A DNA stretch of 64,000 nucleotides from Tubiluchus corallicola. Its lineage: Eukaryota > Animalia > Priapulida. A program made the position numbers and the translations under genes. The notes under the pieces are model-generated. The model had not been told where the DNA came from. It was given only the letters and a program-made list of their open reading frames with translations, and made no database searches. Positions 46,399-56,526 of this stretch are shown here, one piece after another. How positions within the stretch are numbered: position 1 is the stretch's first letter; the number at the start of each line of letters is the position of its first letter. The DNA lies in NCBI GenBank assembly GCA_030141605.1, contig JAQGDQ010002411.1:6021-70020 (forward strand). Reading direction: 5' to 3'.

Positions 46399-47216
46399 TT
46401 GTATAAATTTAAGAGGTTGAAAAATTTGTGGATGGGTATTTGTTCTAAAAGCGAAGAGTGGTTGATACCCCAAATGTTTTTTTCTATTGTTATGTTTTTA
46501 AGGTATTGTTGGAGTAGTTGTATGGTATTATCGTTCTCATCAATGTATCCTGTGAGAGTTACTTGTAGTGTTTGGGTGTTTGTTTTCAATTGTTTGAGGG
46601 TGTTTAGAGTATGGTATAGTACATCTTTTTCGTTGGCATAGGAGTAGGTATTGTATAAGATAAATTTTTCGTTATTGATATTGAGTAGGTCAAAGGTGTC
46701 TTCCCCGAGGTTGATGTATAGGATGTTTTGTGGGTTGATTTGATTAAGGAGCATAAAATACTGGATGTACGTGGTAGATGGGTGGAAGATTTTTGCATTG
46801 GGGAATTTCTTATTAAGAAGTTGTTTTTGGGCTGTGGGTATAGAAAATAGGGTGTAGGCGTCTATAATGCTAAGGGGATTGTGAAGTGTGCTATGAGCGT
46901 TTTGTGGATTTACATTGTAATAATATAAGGTGTCTATTTTTTGAAGATCGAAATATTCAGAGGGAACTAGGGTTGAATGTTGGCAGTTCCAAAGAATTTT
47001 AGTGTTTCTATACTTTGGGTAAAGGGTATCTTCTTTTTCTATGGTGTCTTTTAGTTGGTTTTGTGGGGCAGAAAAGTGTTTTAATAGAATGTACTTGTTT
47101 TCTAAGGTGTCTAATATGCAATAAGAAAATTTGTTTATACTTATTTGTATAGACAGGTGGTATTGTTGATTCTTATTGATGTCGAAAGTATCATCTATGA
47201 ATGCAATATCTTGCAT
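46389..47216 (-). CDS. DUF3822 family protein
   Basis: YHLSIQIS, STLVP.EYFD. The C-terminal CE* is coupled to rsmD, as in other Bacteroidota. Confidence 0.8.
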   Translation of the reverse strand: MQDIAFIDDTFDINKNQQYHLSIQISINKFSYCILDTLENKYILLKHFSAPQNQLKDTIEKEDTLYPKYRNTKILWNCQHSTLVPSEYFDLQKIDTLYYYNVNPQNAHSTLHNPLSIIDAYTLFSIPTAQKQLLNKKFPNAKIFHPSTTYIQYFMLLNQINPQNILYINLGEDTFDLLNINNEKFILYNTYSYANEKDVLYHTLNTLKQLKTNTQTLQVTLTGYIDENDNTIQLLQQYLKNITIEKNIWGINHSSLLEQIPIHKFFNLLNLYNCE

Positions 47217-47232
47217 TGTTGGGTTTTAATTA

Positions 47233-47874
47233 TTACCAATTGGCAGAGCTATTATTAGCTTCTGTAAGTGAGCCTATCTTTAATCCGGGATATTGATTAT
47301 TTATTTCTTCTTCTACATTTAGGTTGGTTATTAGGCTGGGGTCTTCAAAGCCATTTAGTATGGAGCTATTATGTGCTTTTACTTCAAATACTGGCACTTT
47401 TACTTTTGCACTTGTTTCTATAATGGTGGCTCCCATTTCGAATCTTTCTTTTTTATTAGTGAATGGTATGTATGGAAGGTCATCTATATTGTAGTCTTTG
47501 TCGAAAATTGTTTCTAAAACGTTAGATTTTGATTCTTCTCGTACGATGATACCTTCTTTTATTGCTCTTGCTTCTGTCCACCCTGCTTCCAAGAGACTAT
47601 CAGAGAGCTCGCCTATTTTTTTCATAAAAGGTATAGAGTCATATTTTACAAAGTCTACTAAAACATCTAAATTTTCTGCAAACTTATTATGAACTTTCTT
47701 ATAAGCCATTTGGGCTTCTCTAATATCTTCTAATTTCTGTTTTACAATCGTGTATCGTTCTTTTTTAAATTCTTTAAATTCAATAGGTTTTTGGATGCTT
47801 CTAACAGATAGATAGCCTAAGGCTACTATTATTATTAAAAGAACAAGTTCTATTATAATCCTTTTGTTTTTCAT
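47233..47874 (-). CDS. Conserved Bacteroidota hypothetical membrane-anchored protein
   Basis: N-terminal TM, SIQKPIEF, LEDIREAQMAY, GLKIGSLTEANNSSANW. Promoter box TACATTTG at 47919-47926. Confidence 0.8.
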   Translation of the reverse strand: MKNKRIIIELVLLIIIVALGYLSVRSIQKPIEFKEFKKERYTIVKQKLEDIREAQMAYKKVHNKFAENLDVLVDFVKYDSIPFMKKIGELSDSLLEAGWTEARAIKEGIIVREESKSNVLETIFDKDYNIDDLPYIPFTNKKERFEMGATIIETSAKVKVPVFEVKAHNSSILNGFEDPSLITNLNVEEEINNQYPGLKIGSLTEANNSSANW

Positions 47875-47948
47875 TGTTGTTATTTTTGTAATTTTACAAC
47901 TTACTTTTTTCTTATGTACAAATGTAGAAAAAAATTATTAATTTGAAA

Positions 47949-49379
47949 ATGTTAGAGGACTATTTTTCTGTTTTATTGAAAAAAATATTTGGTAAAAAAC
48001 TTACTTCTGAACAAGATGTTCTTGTTAAAGAATTATCAGAGTTTGTAATAGATGGTAAAGAAGAGCAAATTTTTTTAATTAAAGGATATGCTGGTACAGG
48101 TAAGACCTCGTTGATAAGTGCTTTTGTAAATGCTTTGAAAGAGTCTAAAATTAAAAGTGTATTATTAGCACCTACGGGGAGGGCTGCTAAGGTGTTTTCA
48201 TCTTACTCGGGACAAGTGAGTTATACTATTCACAAGAAAATATATAGGCAAAAGGCTACTACGGATGGATTTTCTGGTTTTGTCTTAGATGTCAATTTAA
48301 GTAAGGATACCTTTTTCATTGTGGATGAGGCTTCTATGATTGCTAATCAATCTTATGAGGGAGCATTTTTTGGATCAGGTAAATTGTTAGATGATTTAGT
48401 AAACTATGTGTATGGTGGCGTTGGATGTAAGTTAGTGCTGGTGGGTGATACAGCCCAACTTCCTCCAATAGGTTTGGAGAATAGCCCAGCACTAGATGCA
48501 AGTACATTAGAGTCTTATTGGAAAAATGTGAGAAGTGTTAATTTGAGGGAGGTAGTGAGGCAGAAAGCGAAGTCAGGTATATTGTATAATGCTACAAAAT
48601 TGAGACAACAGTTGCAGAAAACGAATAGCAGTACTTGTGAGTTGAGTTTGGTTGCTAAGGATTTTGACGATTTTTGTAGTGTGGCTGGGAGCGACTTGTT
48701 AGAACTTCTGAATAATTCGTATGACACAATAGGAATGGGGGAAACGATGGTTGTATGTCGTTCAAATAAAATGTGTAATAGATACAATCAAGGGATAAGA
48801 AGTCAAATTTTATATAAGGAAGAAGAAATAGCAGTAGGCGATTATTTGATGGTAGTAAAGAATAATTATTTTTGGGTAAAGGATAAAAAAATAAAGGATA
48901 TGGAGTTTATTGCTAATGGCGATATTGTGGAGATTATGAAGATAAAAGGTTATAAAGATTTATATGGCTTTCGGTTTGCAGATGTGTGTGTGAGGTTTGT
49001 AGATTATGAAAATATAGAGATGGATGTAAAGATTTTGCTAGATGTTTTGAATGTTGAAAGTGCAGCGCTTGGCAAAGAAGATGCTAACAAGTTTTTTATG
49101 AATGTTTCGGAGGATTATATGGATATTCGTTCTAAAAAGAAACGTTGGGACAAGATAAGAAGTAATGAATATTTTAATGCTTTGCAGGTGAAATTTGCTT
49201 ATGCGGTTACTTGTCATAAATCGCAAGGTGGGCAATGGAAAAATGTGTTTATAGATCAAGGGTATTTGACTAAAGAACTTATAAATGCAGAGTATCTTCG
49301 GTGGCTTTATACTGCTATTACAAGAGCTATAGAGAAAGTATATTTGGTGAATTTTAGAAAGGAGTTTTTAACAAGTTGA
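47949..49379 (+). CDS. RecD-like ATP-dependent DNA helicase/nuclease (AAA family)
   Basis: GYAGTGKT, APTGRAAK, IVDEASMI, GDTAQLPP, AYAVTCHKSQGGQW, YTAITRA. Confidence 0.9.
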   Translation: MLEDYFSVLLKKIFGKKLTSEQDVLVKELSEFVIDGKEEQIFLIKGYAGTGKTSLISAFVNALKESKIKSVLLAPTGRAAKVFSSYSGQVSYTIHKKIYRQKATTDGFSGFVLDVNLSKDTFFIVDEASMIANQSYEGAFFGSGKLLDDLVNYVYGGVGCKLVLVGDTAQLPPIGLENSPALDASTLESYWKNVRSVNLREVVRQKAKSGILYNATKLRQQLQKTNSSTCELSLVAKDFDDFCSVAGSDLLELLNNSYDTIGMGETMVVCRSNKMCNRYNQGIRSQILYKEEEIAVGDYLMVVKNNYFWVKDKKIKDMEFIANGDIVEIMKIKGYKDLYGFRFADVCVRFVDYENIEMDVKILLDVLNVESAALGKEDANKFFMNVSEDYMDIRSKKKRWDKIRSNEYFNALQVKFAYAVTCHKSQGGQWKNVFIDQGYLTKELINAEYLRWLYTAITRAIEKVYLVNFRKEFLTS

Positions 49380-49464
49380 ATTAAGATTTATAGATATTAA
49401 AAAAATTATCATCTTTTATTAATAACAACTTTCAGTTTTTGATTATTTTTTTAATGTTTTTTTT

Positions 49465-49472
49465 TACTTTTG
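49465..49472 (+). promoter_or_regulatory. -7 promoter element (TACTTTTG) for nhaA
   Basis: TAnnTTTG followed by CG. Contains the ORF-track TTG start. Confidence 0.65.
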
Positions 49473-49517
49473 CGTAAATATATATTAAGTGTATTTGATT
49501 TTATTATTAAGGAAGAT

Positions 49518-50843
49518 ATGAATGTTGTTACCCGGTCGTTTAGGAAGTTTATAGAATTAGAGTCGTCAAGCAGTATTATTCTTTTGATACTTACGTTTAT
49601 TGCTTTGGTTTGGGCAAATTCTTTGTTAGGAGAGTATTATAACCAATTGTGGAACATAGAGGTAGGTATTTCCATTGCCGAAGAGCATTTGCATTTGCCG
49701 AAGAATTTGTTTGAGTGGATAAATGATGGTTTGATGGCTATTTTCTTTTTTGTGGTGGGGTTGGAGATAAAACGAGAGATATTAGCAGGCGAACTTTCAT
49801 CGGTGAAGAAGGCGAGTTTGCCTGTTTTTGCTGCTATTGGAGGTATGGTGGTGCCTGTGGCTGTTTTCTTTTCTTTGTTGGGTTCTTTTGATATTGATGC
49901 TGCGGAGACTAAGGAGTGGAGTAGGGGCTGGGCTGTGCCTATGGCTACGGATATTGCTTTTTCTTTGGGTATTTTGAAGTTGCTGGGCAATAGAGTGCCT
50001 ATTGGCTTGAAGGTGTTGCTTACAGCTTTTGCTATTGTGGATGATATTGGTGCAATACTTGTAATTGCTTTGGCGTATAGTAGTGGGCTTGAATTGACTC
50101 TGTGGGGTATTGCTTTTATCATTTTAGGGTTTTTGTTTGTGTTAAGCCATCGTGGTGTTTATTCTACTGCTTTCTTTGTAATGATGGGGGGAGTAGTGTG
50201 GTATTTGTTTCATCAGGCGGGTATTCACGCTACCATTGCGGGCTTTTTGATGGCTCTTACTGTTCCGATGAAACGTAAGAAGGGTGTGAGAGAATATTAT
50301 AATGAGGTGGGTAATGTGTTGTCTCGGTTTGTTGGCTATGAGGAAGAGGCAGACAAGCGATTGTTGGCGAATGAACAAGTTCATTTTACGGATGAAATAA
50401 GTGTTTTGACAAGAAGAGTGAAGTCTCCTTTGCAGGATTTGGAGCATAAGTTTCACAATTGGGTAGCATTTTTCATAATGCCTATTTTTGCTTTTGCTAA
50501 TGCGGGTGTGGTGCTTGGTGGTGATATGGGTAATACTTCGTTGCTTTCTTTCAACATTGCGTTTAGTTTGGTGTTGGGTAAATGTGTGGGTATTAGCTTC
50601 TTTTGTTATCTGGCAATAAAAACTAAAATGGCAGAGATGCCAAATAGGGCTACCTTTACGCATTTGATAGGTGTAGCCTTGTTGGGCGGGTTTGGTTTTA
50701 CGATGTCGTTGTTTGTAGCCAATTTGGCTTATGATGATGCTTTGTTGTTGAATTCTTCTAAATTGGGTATTCTTGCAGGGTCTTTTATAGCGGGTATTCT
50801 TGGTTATCTGATTTTGAGGGTGTCGTTGAGAGCTAAAAACTAA
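49518..50843 (+). CDS. nhaA: Na+/H+ antiporter NhaA
   Basis: WINDGLMAIFFFVVGLEIKRE, GWAVPMATDIAF, AIVDDIGA, GFTMSLF. Probable ATG at 49518. Confidence 0.96.
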   Translation: MNVVTRSFRKFIELESSSSIILLILTFIALVWANSLLGEYYNQLWNIEVGISIAEEHLHLPKNLFEWINDGLMAIFFFVVGLEIKREILAGELSSVKKASLPVFAAIGGMVVPVAVFFSLLGSFDIDAAETKEWSRGWAVPMATDIAFSLGILKLLGNRVPIGLKVLLTAFAIVDDIGAILVIALAYSSGLELTLWGIAFIILGFLFVLSHRGVYSTAFFVMMGGVVWYLFHQAGIHATIAGFLMALTVPMKRKKGVREYYNEVGNVLSRFVGYEEEADKRLLANEQVHFTDEISVLTRRVKSPLQDLEHKFHNWVAFFIMPIFAFANAGVVLGGDMGNTSLLSFNIAFSLVLGKCVGISFFCYLAIKTKMAEMPNRATFTHLIGVALLGGFGFTMSLFVANLAYDDALLLNSSKLGILAGSFIAGILGYLILRVSLRAKN

Positions 50844-51050
50844 GCCGTATAGGAAACGAAAGTTTGTGTCTTCCACAATATTTGTACTGTGTTGTAGGGT
50901 CAGTTTGTAAGCTGATTCTGTGTTCTATCAGTTCTCTTTGCTTAAAAACTTATTGCATTTAAATGGGGTAGGGTTTTTAATATTGAAAGAGGATATGAAT
51001 GGGCTAAGTTTTTCAAAATTATATATTATAGTATATCTTTGTTTTTCAAT

Positions 51051-52307
51051 ATGAAAAAGATAAAGGTTTTTGTTTTCTTTTTGTTGGTTTGTAGGTTGTC
51101 TTGGGGGTTGAGTATTCTTGTGCCGATGGACAAGGGGCAGAAAAATCACTTGAAGGCTTATGGTGTGGCTTACGGTGTGTTGGAGGGGGGAAGTGCTGTG
51201 CAGTGGTTGCTCAATTATCAAGGGGGTGCCTTTTTGTTGCCATATGATAGGGGTTTTGAGGAGGAATGTGTGTTGAAGAATGTGAGTTATAGGGTAGTGT
51301 CGGATGCGGAGGTTTCTTCTATTATTTCGGGTATTGCAAGCCCAGAGGTCAATCAGGATGCTATGAGGCTGGAGAAAGCCCCAAAGATAGCAGTGTATTC
51401 GCCTAAGAATAAGTTGCCGTGGGATGATGCGGTTACGTTGGCTCTTAGTTATGCGGAGATTCCTTATGATGTGATATATGATGAGGAGATATTGAGTGGT
51501 GTGTTGGGGGGGTATGATTGGTTGCACTTGCATCACGAAGATTTTACAGGTCAATATGGTAGGTTTTATGGGGCTTATCAACATATGCCTTGGTATCAGG
51601 AGGAGGTAAAGTTGAAGGAGCAGATGGCAGAAAAATTAGGTTTTAAAAAGGTTTCGCAATTGAAGTTGGCAGTGGTGAAAACGATAAAGGCTTATGTGGA
51701 GAGTGGGGGATTTTTGTTTGCAATGTGTTCTGCAACTGATACTTACGATATTGCTTTGGCTGCAGAGGGTGTGGATATTTGCGAGTTTATGTTTGATGGC
51801 GATCCTGCTGACCCTGATATGCAGGAGAATTTGGATTTTAGTAGGACTTTTGCTTTTCGAGATTTTACACTGAAAAAAAACCCGCTGGAGTATGAGTATT
51901 CAGATATTGATGCGACTAATACACGTAAGGTTTTGAAAGAAGAGGATTATTTTACGCTTTTTGAGTTTTCTGCTAAGTGGGATCCTGTGCCTACTATGTT
52001 GTGTCAAAATCATACGAATGTAGTAAAGGGCTTTATGGGGCAGACAACATCGTTTAGGCGTGAGGTGGTGAAACCTTCGGTGTTGATAATGGGGGAGAAC
52101 AAAAGTGCTAATGAGGTGAGGTATATTCATGGGACATTTGGAAGGGGTACTTGGACTTTTTATGGGGGACATGATCCGGAAGATTATCAACACTTTGTGG
52201 GTGATCCTCCAACGGATTTGAATTTGCATCCTAATTCTGCCGGTTATCGTCTTATTTTGAATAATATTTTATTTCCTGCTGCAAAGAAGAAAAAACAAAA
52301 AACATAG
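51051..52307 (+). CDS. Conserved secreted Bacteroidota protein (often labelled asparagine synthetase B; class I GATase-like)
   Basis: Signal peptide, NHLKAYG, WDDAVT, LHLHHEDFTGQYG, GGFLFAMCSATD, GGHDPEDY, C-terminal AKKKKQKT. Promoter box TATCTTTG at 51034-51041. Confidence 0.8.
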   Translation: MKKIKVFVFFLLVCRLSWGLSILVPMDKGQKNHLKAYGVAYGVLEGGSAVQWLLNYQGGAFLLPYDRGFEEECVLKNVSYRVVSDAEVSSIISGIASPEVNQDAMRLEKAPKIAVYSPKNKLPWDDAVTLALSYAEIPYDVIYDEEILSGVLGGYDWLHLHHEDFTGQYGRFYGAYQHMPWYQEEVKLKEQMAEKLGFKKVSQLKLAVVKTIKAYVESGGFLFAMCSATDTYDIALAAEGVDICEFMFDGDPADPDMQENLDFSRTFAFRDFTLKKNPLEYEYSDIDATNTRKVLKEEDYFTLFEFSAKWDPVPTMLCQNHTNVVKGFMGQTTSFRREVVKPSVLIMGENKSANEVRYIHGTFGRGTWTFYGGHDPEDYQHFVGDPPTDLNLHPNSAGYRLILNNILFPAAKKKKQKT

Positions 52308-52327
52308 TGGGTGCATCTTTTATGGTT

Positions 52328-53698
52328 TTATTTTTTATCTTTTTTGATAAGTCTGTATATGGTGGCTCTACCTATATTTAGTGTTTTTGCTACTTTGTTT
52401 ATGTCTTTGTTGTATTTTTGTAAAAAGTGGTGTATGATTTGTATTTTATATTCTTTCATGGTCGTTTCCTTTTCTGTATAAAGGCTGCTTATATTTTCTG
52501 TATGGCTTAATTGTATGTCATTAGATTGTATGGTACCTCGTTCTGCTAATACGGCAGCGAGGTCCATAACAGCTTTTATTTCTCTTACATTTCCGGGGAA
52601 GGGGTATTCTTTTAGTTTTTTCTGTGCTTGTGGCGATATTTTGATTTTGGGCATATTGTTCTCTTTACAAAATTCTTCTACAAAATATTTAGAGAGGCGG
52701 GCAATATCTCCTTTTCGTTCTCTTAGTGGTGGCATTTTAATGGGTAGTCCAAGTAGGCGGTAGTAAAGGTCTTCTCGAAAATTACCTTTATTTACTTCTT
52801 CTAATAGGTCTCTGTGTGTAGCTACGAGTAGCCTAATATCTATTTTTATGGGTGTGTTGTTTCCTACTCTAGTAATTTCTCGCTCTTGTAATACGCGCAG
52901 GAGTTTTGCTTGCATTGGCAGTGTCATTTCTCCTATTTCGTCCAGAAATACGGTACCTCCATTAGCTTTTTCAAATTGTCCTATTCGTCTTTCGTTGGCT
53001 CCTGTAAATGAGCCTTTTTCGTGTCCAAACAATTCGCTTTCTATAAGTTCACTTGGTATGGCTGTTACGTTAATGGCTACGAAGGGTTTGTTTTTTCGTA
53101 AGGAGTTTTGATGTATGGCTCTGGCTACTAGTTCCTTTCCTGTTCCTGTTTCGCCTACAATAGATACTGTGATGTTATTTTTCACTGCTTTGCCCATCAA
53201 GTGAAATATGTTTTTGATGGCTTGACTTTGTCCTTTTATCTCTTTTTGAAAATTATGGATAATGTCTTCTTCTTTTTTGTATGAGGGTGTTGAATTGTTA
53301 TTGGTATGAGGTGTTGATGGTCTAACTATTTCTTCTGGTTCTAAATTTTGTAGGGTGTTCCAGAGGTTAGTTCTTAAATTTTCATTTCGCTCTATGGAGG
53401 TGTATGCTCCTTGTTGTATGAGCTGGGTTTGGGTAGTTTTTTCGTCAGGTTCTATAATTACAATAATATATGTGTTGGGGCATATTTTTTTTATTCTATT
53501 GAGCAATATTTCTCCATTGAGGTCTGGTAGTTTGTAGCTTGTGATGACAATGGATGGCTTTTTGTTTAGGTTTTGTATAATTTCTTTAGCATTGACAAAT
53601 GTACTTGTATTGTAGATTGGATTCAGAGAAAGGTGATATTCTATAATTTTCCCTAACATTCTGTCTTCATCAGCAATAAATATTTTGGTTTTTTTCAT
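52328..53698 (-). CDS. Sigma-54-dependent transcriptional activator (NtrC-like) with atypical receiver domain
   Basis: GETGTGKE, ESELFGHEKGSFTGA, FLDEIGEM, FREDLYYRL, FPGNVRE, and a Fis-type HTH. Confidence 0.93.
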   Translation of the reverse strand: MKKTKIFIADEDRMLGKIIEYHLSLNPIYNTSTFVNAKEIIQNLNKKPSIVITSYKLPDLNGEILLNRIKKICPNTYIIVIIEPDEKTTQTQLIQQGAYTSIERNENLRTNLWNTLQNLEPEEIVRPSTPHTNNNSTPSYKKEEDIIHNFQKEIKGQSQAIKNIFHLMGKAVKNNITVSIVGETGTGKELVARAIHQNSLRKNKPFVAINVTAIPSELIESELFGHEKGSFTGANERRIGQFEKANGGTVFLDEIGEMTLPMQAKLLRVLQEREITRVGNNTPIKIDIRLLVATHRDLLEEVNKGNFREDLYYRLLGLPIKMPPLRERKGDIARLSKYFVEEFCKENNMPKIKISPQAQKKLKEYPFPGNVREIKAVMDLAAVLAERGTIQSNDIQLSHTENISSLYTEKETTMKEYKIQIIHHFLQKYNKDINKVAKTLNIGRATIYRLIKKDKK

Positions 53699-53724
53699 TT
53701 GAAGTTGTATAGGAATTTTGTATG

Positions 53725-54828
53725 TTATTTGCTTTTTGTTATTTCTACTTTTTTGGTTGGAGGTATTTCTTTGTTTCTGTTTTCTATGGAGGCTAAGGTG
53801 TTGGTTACTATTTGGTCAAGTGCTATTTGAGATTGTCCTATATCTTTTAAAGCGATAGGTTTTCCGTTATCACTTCCTTCTCGTATGCTTTGTACTATGG
53901 GTATTTGTCCGAGTAGGTTTATGTTTTTTTCTTCTGCTAATTTTTTACCTCCGTTTTTCCCAAAAATATAATATTTATTGTTGGGTAGCTCTTCGGGTGT
54001 GAAATATGCCATATTTTCTATTATCCCAATTATAGGGACTTTAATATTTTTATTTTGAAACATATTGATACCTTTTGTTGCATCTGCAACGGCTACACTT
54101 TGGGGTGTGCTAACGATGATGGCTCCTGTAAGAGGTAGCATTTGGACGAGTGTAAGGTGTATATCACTTGTTCCCGGAGGTAAGTCAAAGAATAAATAAT
54201 CTAATTCACCCCAATGGGTGTCTTGGATCATTTGCTGTAAGGCTCTTGTTGCCATTGCTCCTCGCCATATAGTAGCGTCTTGAGGTTTTACAAAGTAGCC
54301 AATGGAGAGTATTTTTACTCCGTATTTCTCTATGGGTATAAGGGTGTTTTTGCCTTTAATTTTTTGAATTGTAGGGGTGTCATTCTCTGTGTTAAACATT
54401 TTTGGGATAGAGGGACCATATATGTCTGCATCGAGTATTCCTATTTTATAGCCTTTTTTTGCCAATGCTACTGCAAGGTTAGTAGATATGGTTGATTTTC
54501 CCACTCCTCCTTTACCAGAGGCTATGGCTATGGTATTTTTTACCTGAGGTAATAATGTAGTAATATTGTTGGCTGTTGACACATTGTCTTTTGTGTTGAT
54601 ATTGATGTTTATGTCATCTTTTATTTTTTGTTGTAATATTTGTTGACAAGTTGTTTTTATAGTTTCTTTGAAGAGGTCATTGGGTTTTGAAAAAACGAGG
54701 TCAAATTCTATGGTATTGTTTTCTACTTTTACATTTTGAACTATATTAAGTTCTACAATGTTTTTTTCTTGTCCCGGGTATTTTATTTCTTGTAATATGT
54801 CTATAATTTGTTGTTTCATAGTTTTCAT
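53725..54828 (-). CDS. mrp: Mrp/NBP35 Fe-S cluster carrier ATPase
   Basis: ASGKGGVGKST, DADIYGPS, DLPPGTSD, ENMAYF. Confidence 0.93.
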   Translation of the reverse strand: MKTMKQQIIDILQEIKYPGQEKNIVELNIVQNVKVENNTIEFDLVFSKPNDLFKETIKTTCQQILQQKIKDDINININTKDNVSTANNITTLLPQVKNTIAIASGKGGVGKSTISTNLAVALAKKGYKIGILDADIYGPSIPKMFNTENDTPTIQKIKGKNTLIPIEKYGVKILSIGYFVKPQDATIWRGAMATRALQQMIQDTHWGELDYLFFDLPPGTSDIHLTLVQMLPLTGAIIVSTPQSVAVADATKGINMFQNKNIKVPIIGIIENMAYFTPEELPNNKYYIFGKNGGKKLAEEKNINLLGQIPIVQSIREGSDNGKPIALKDIGQSQIALDQIVTNTLASIENRNKEIPPTKKVEITKSK

Positions 54829-54834
54829 TGTTAT

Positions 54835-55644
54835 TTATTTTTGAAAGAGCTTCTTTTTTTCTTGAGGCTGTATATAATTAATAAGTATAGTTCTTAATTG
54901 TATGGCTTGTATATCTTGTTTTAGTCTGCCATTTCTTATATAAGACATTTTTCCTGTTTCTTCAGAGACGATAATTACAAGGGTATCTGTTTCTTGACTA
55001 ATGCCTATACCTGCTCTATGTCTCAAACCAAGTTGTACAGGAATATTTTGTCTATCGGAGATGGGTAGGATACATTGTGCTGCTTTTATTTTATTTTTGG
55101 TTATCACAATTCCTCCATCGTGTAGTGGTGAGTTTTTAAAGAAAATGTTTTCTATAAGGCTACTTGATATGTCTGCATTGAGTATTTGTCCTGTTTGTGT
55201 TATATATGGTAGTTCAGAGTGTGTAGAAACAACAATTAAGGCTCCTGTTTTACTTCGTTTCATATTCTCACAAGCTCTTACTATTTGGCCAATGTTACCT
55301 ATTGTTAAGTTATTAGAAGTTTCTTTTAAGAAAAAGTCTAATGAGAATTTTCTGCTAAATTTATATCTTGTTCCTATTATTAATAAGAATCTGCGAACTT
55401 CTTGTTGAAATACAATGATAAGGGCAATAGCTCCTACGCCTATGAAGGAGTCTAATATTCCTCCCAGCATATTCATATCTAAGGCTTTTACGGTGAGCCA
55501 AAATAGGAATAGTAGTAGTAGTCCTACAAAAATATTGAGTGCTACAGTACCTCTTATTAGTTTATATATTTGGAAAAGTAGAAGAGCTACAAGTGCAATA
55601 TCTAAAATATCTAGAAACCTTATGTTGATAAATAGGTTTATCAT
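54835..55644 (-). CDS. cdaA: Diadenylate cyclase CdaA
   Basis: Three N-terminal TM segments, FQQEVRR, NSPLHDGG, GLRHRAG, VSEETG. Confidence 0.92.
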   Translation of the reverse strand: MINLFINIRFLDILDIALVALLLFQIYKLIRGTVALNIFVGLLLLFLFWLTVKALDMNMLGGILDSFIGVGAIALIIVFQQEVRRFLLIIGTRYKFSRKFSLDFFLKETSNNLTIGNIGQIVRACENMKRSKTGALIVVSTHSELPYITQTGQILNADISSSLIENIFFKNSPLHDGGIVITKNKIKAAQCILPISDRQNIPVQLGLRHRAGIGISQETDTLVIIVSEETGKMSYIRNGRLKQDIQAIQLRTILINYIQPQEKKKLFQK

Positions 55645-56501
55645 GTTGTAGTCTTAGTAATTTGGTTCATTATTTTTATTGTTTCCATTGTCTCTTTTAC
55701 ATCATGTGTTCTTAGTATAGATGCTCCTTTTTGTAGTGCTATGCTATGTAGTACTATGGTGCCTGTAAGGGCTTGTTCGGGTGTAGTATTTAGTGTTTTC
55801 CATATTATTGATTTTCTTGATACTCCTATAAGCAATGGAAGTTCAAATATATGAAAACTTTCTAATTTATTCATCAACTTATAATTATGTTCAATTGTTT
55901 TGCCAAAGCCAAAACCAAGGTCAATTATAATGTCTTTTACTCCAAGTGTGTGGAGTTTTTCTATTTTTTTTGATAGATAAAGTATAATTTCTTTGACAAT
56001 GTTATGGTATGTAGGGTTGTCTTGCATGTTTTCGGGTGTGCCTTGTATATGTGTAAGTATATAGGGAAGTTGTAGATTAGCAACGGTTTCAAACATTTTT
56101 TTGTCTATGTTTCCTCCTGATATGTCATTGATGATAAAACTTCCAAAGTTGTTGAATACAGTTTGTACTACGTTGGAACGATAGGTGTCTACAGATATTT
56201 TGGCATTTGGGTGATGTTTTTTAATGGTTTCTATTGCTGGTAGTAGTTGGCTAATTTCCTCTTTTTCTGATATGGGTTTTGATTTAGGGCGGGTGGAACA
56301 AGCGCCTATGTCTATAATATCAGCTCCTTCTTCTACAATGGTGTTTACTCTTTGTAGTATGGTTTTTTGGGTAGTGTATTTACCTCCATCGTAAAATGAG
56401 TTGTCAGTAATGTTAAGAATACCCATTATAAGTGGGGAGCTGAGGTCTAAAAGCTCACCATTATAGTTTAGTGTTGTTTTTTTGTTGATATAGTTCTTCA
56501 C
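55641..56501 (-). CDS. folP: Dihydropteroate synthase
   Basis: MGILNITDNSFYDGG, DIGACSTRP, SVDTY, INDISGG, GFGFGK, SRKS, RTHDV. Probable GTG start at 56501. Confidence 0.94.
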   Translation of the reverse strand: MKNYINKKTTLNYNGELLDLSSPLIMGILNITDNSFYDGGKYTTQKTILQRVNTIVEEGADIIDIGACSTRPKSKPISEKEEISQLLPAIETIKKHHPNAKISVDTYRSNVVQTVFNNFGSFIINDISGGNIDKKMFETVANLQLPYILTHIQGTPENMQDNPTYHNIVKEIILYLSKKIEKLHTLGVKDIIIDLGFGFGKTIEHNYKLMNKLESFHIFELPLLIGVSRKSIIWKTLNTTPEQALTGTIVLHSIALQKGASILRTHDVKETMETIKIMNQITKTTT

Positions 56502-56526
56502 TTTTTTTATTGTGTGTTTTGTTTCT

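Noticed and set aside
49473-49517. nhaA-associated cation riboswitch
   Set aside because: The leader after the promoter box is about 45 nt, almost all A/T, and unstructured.
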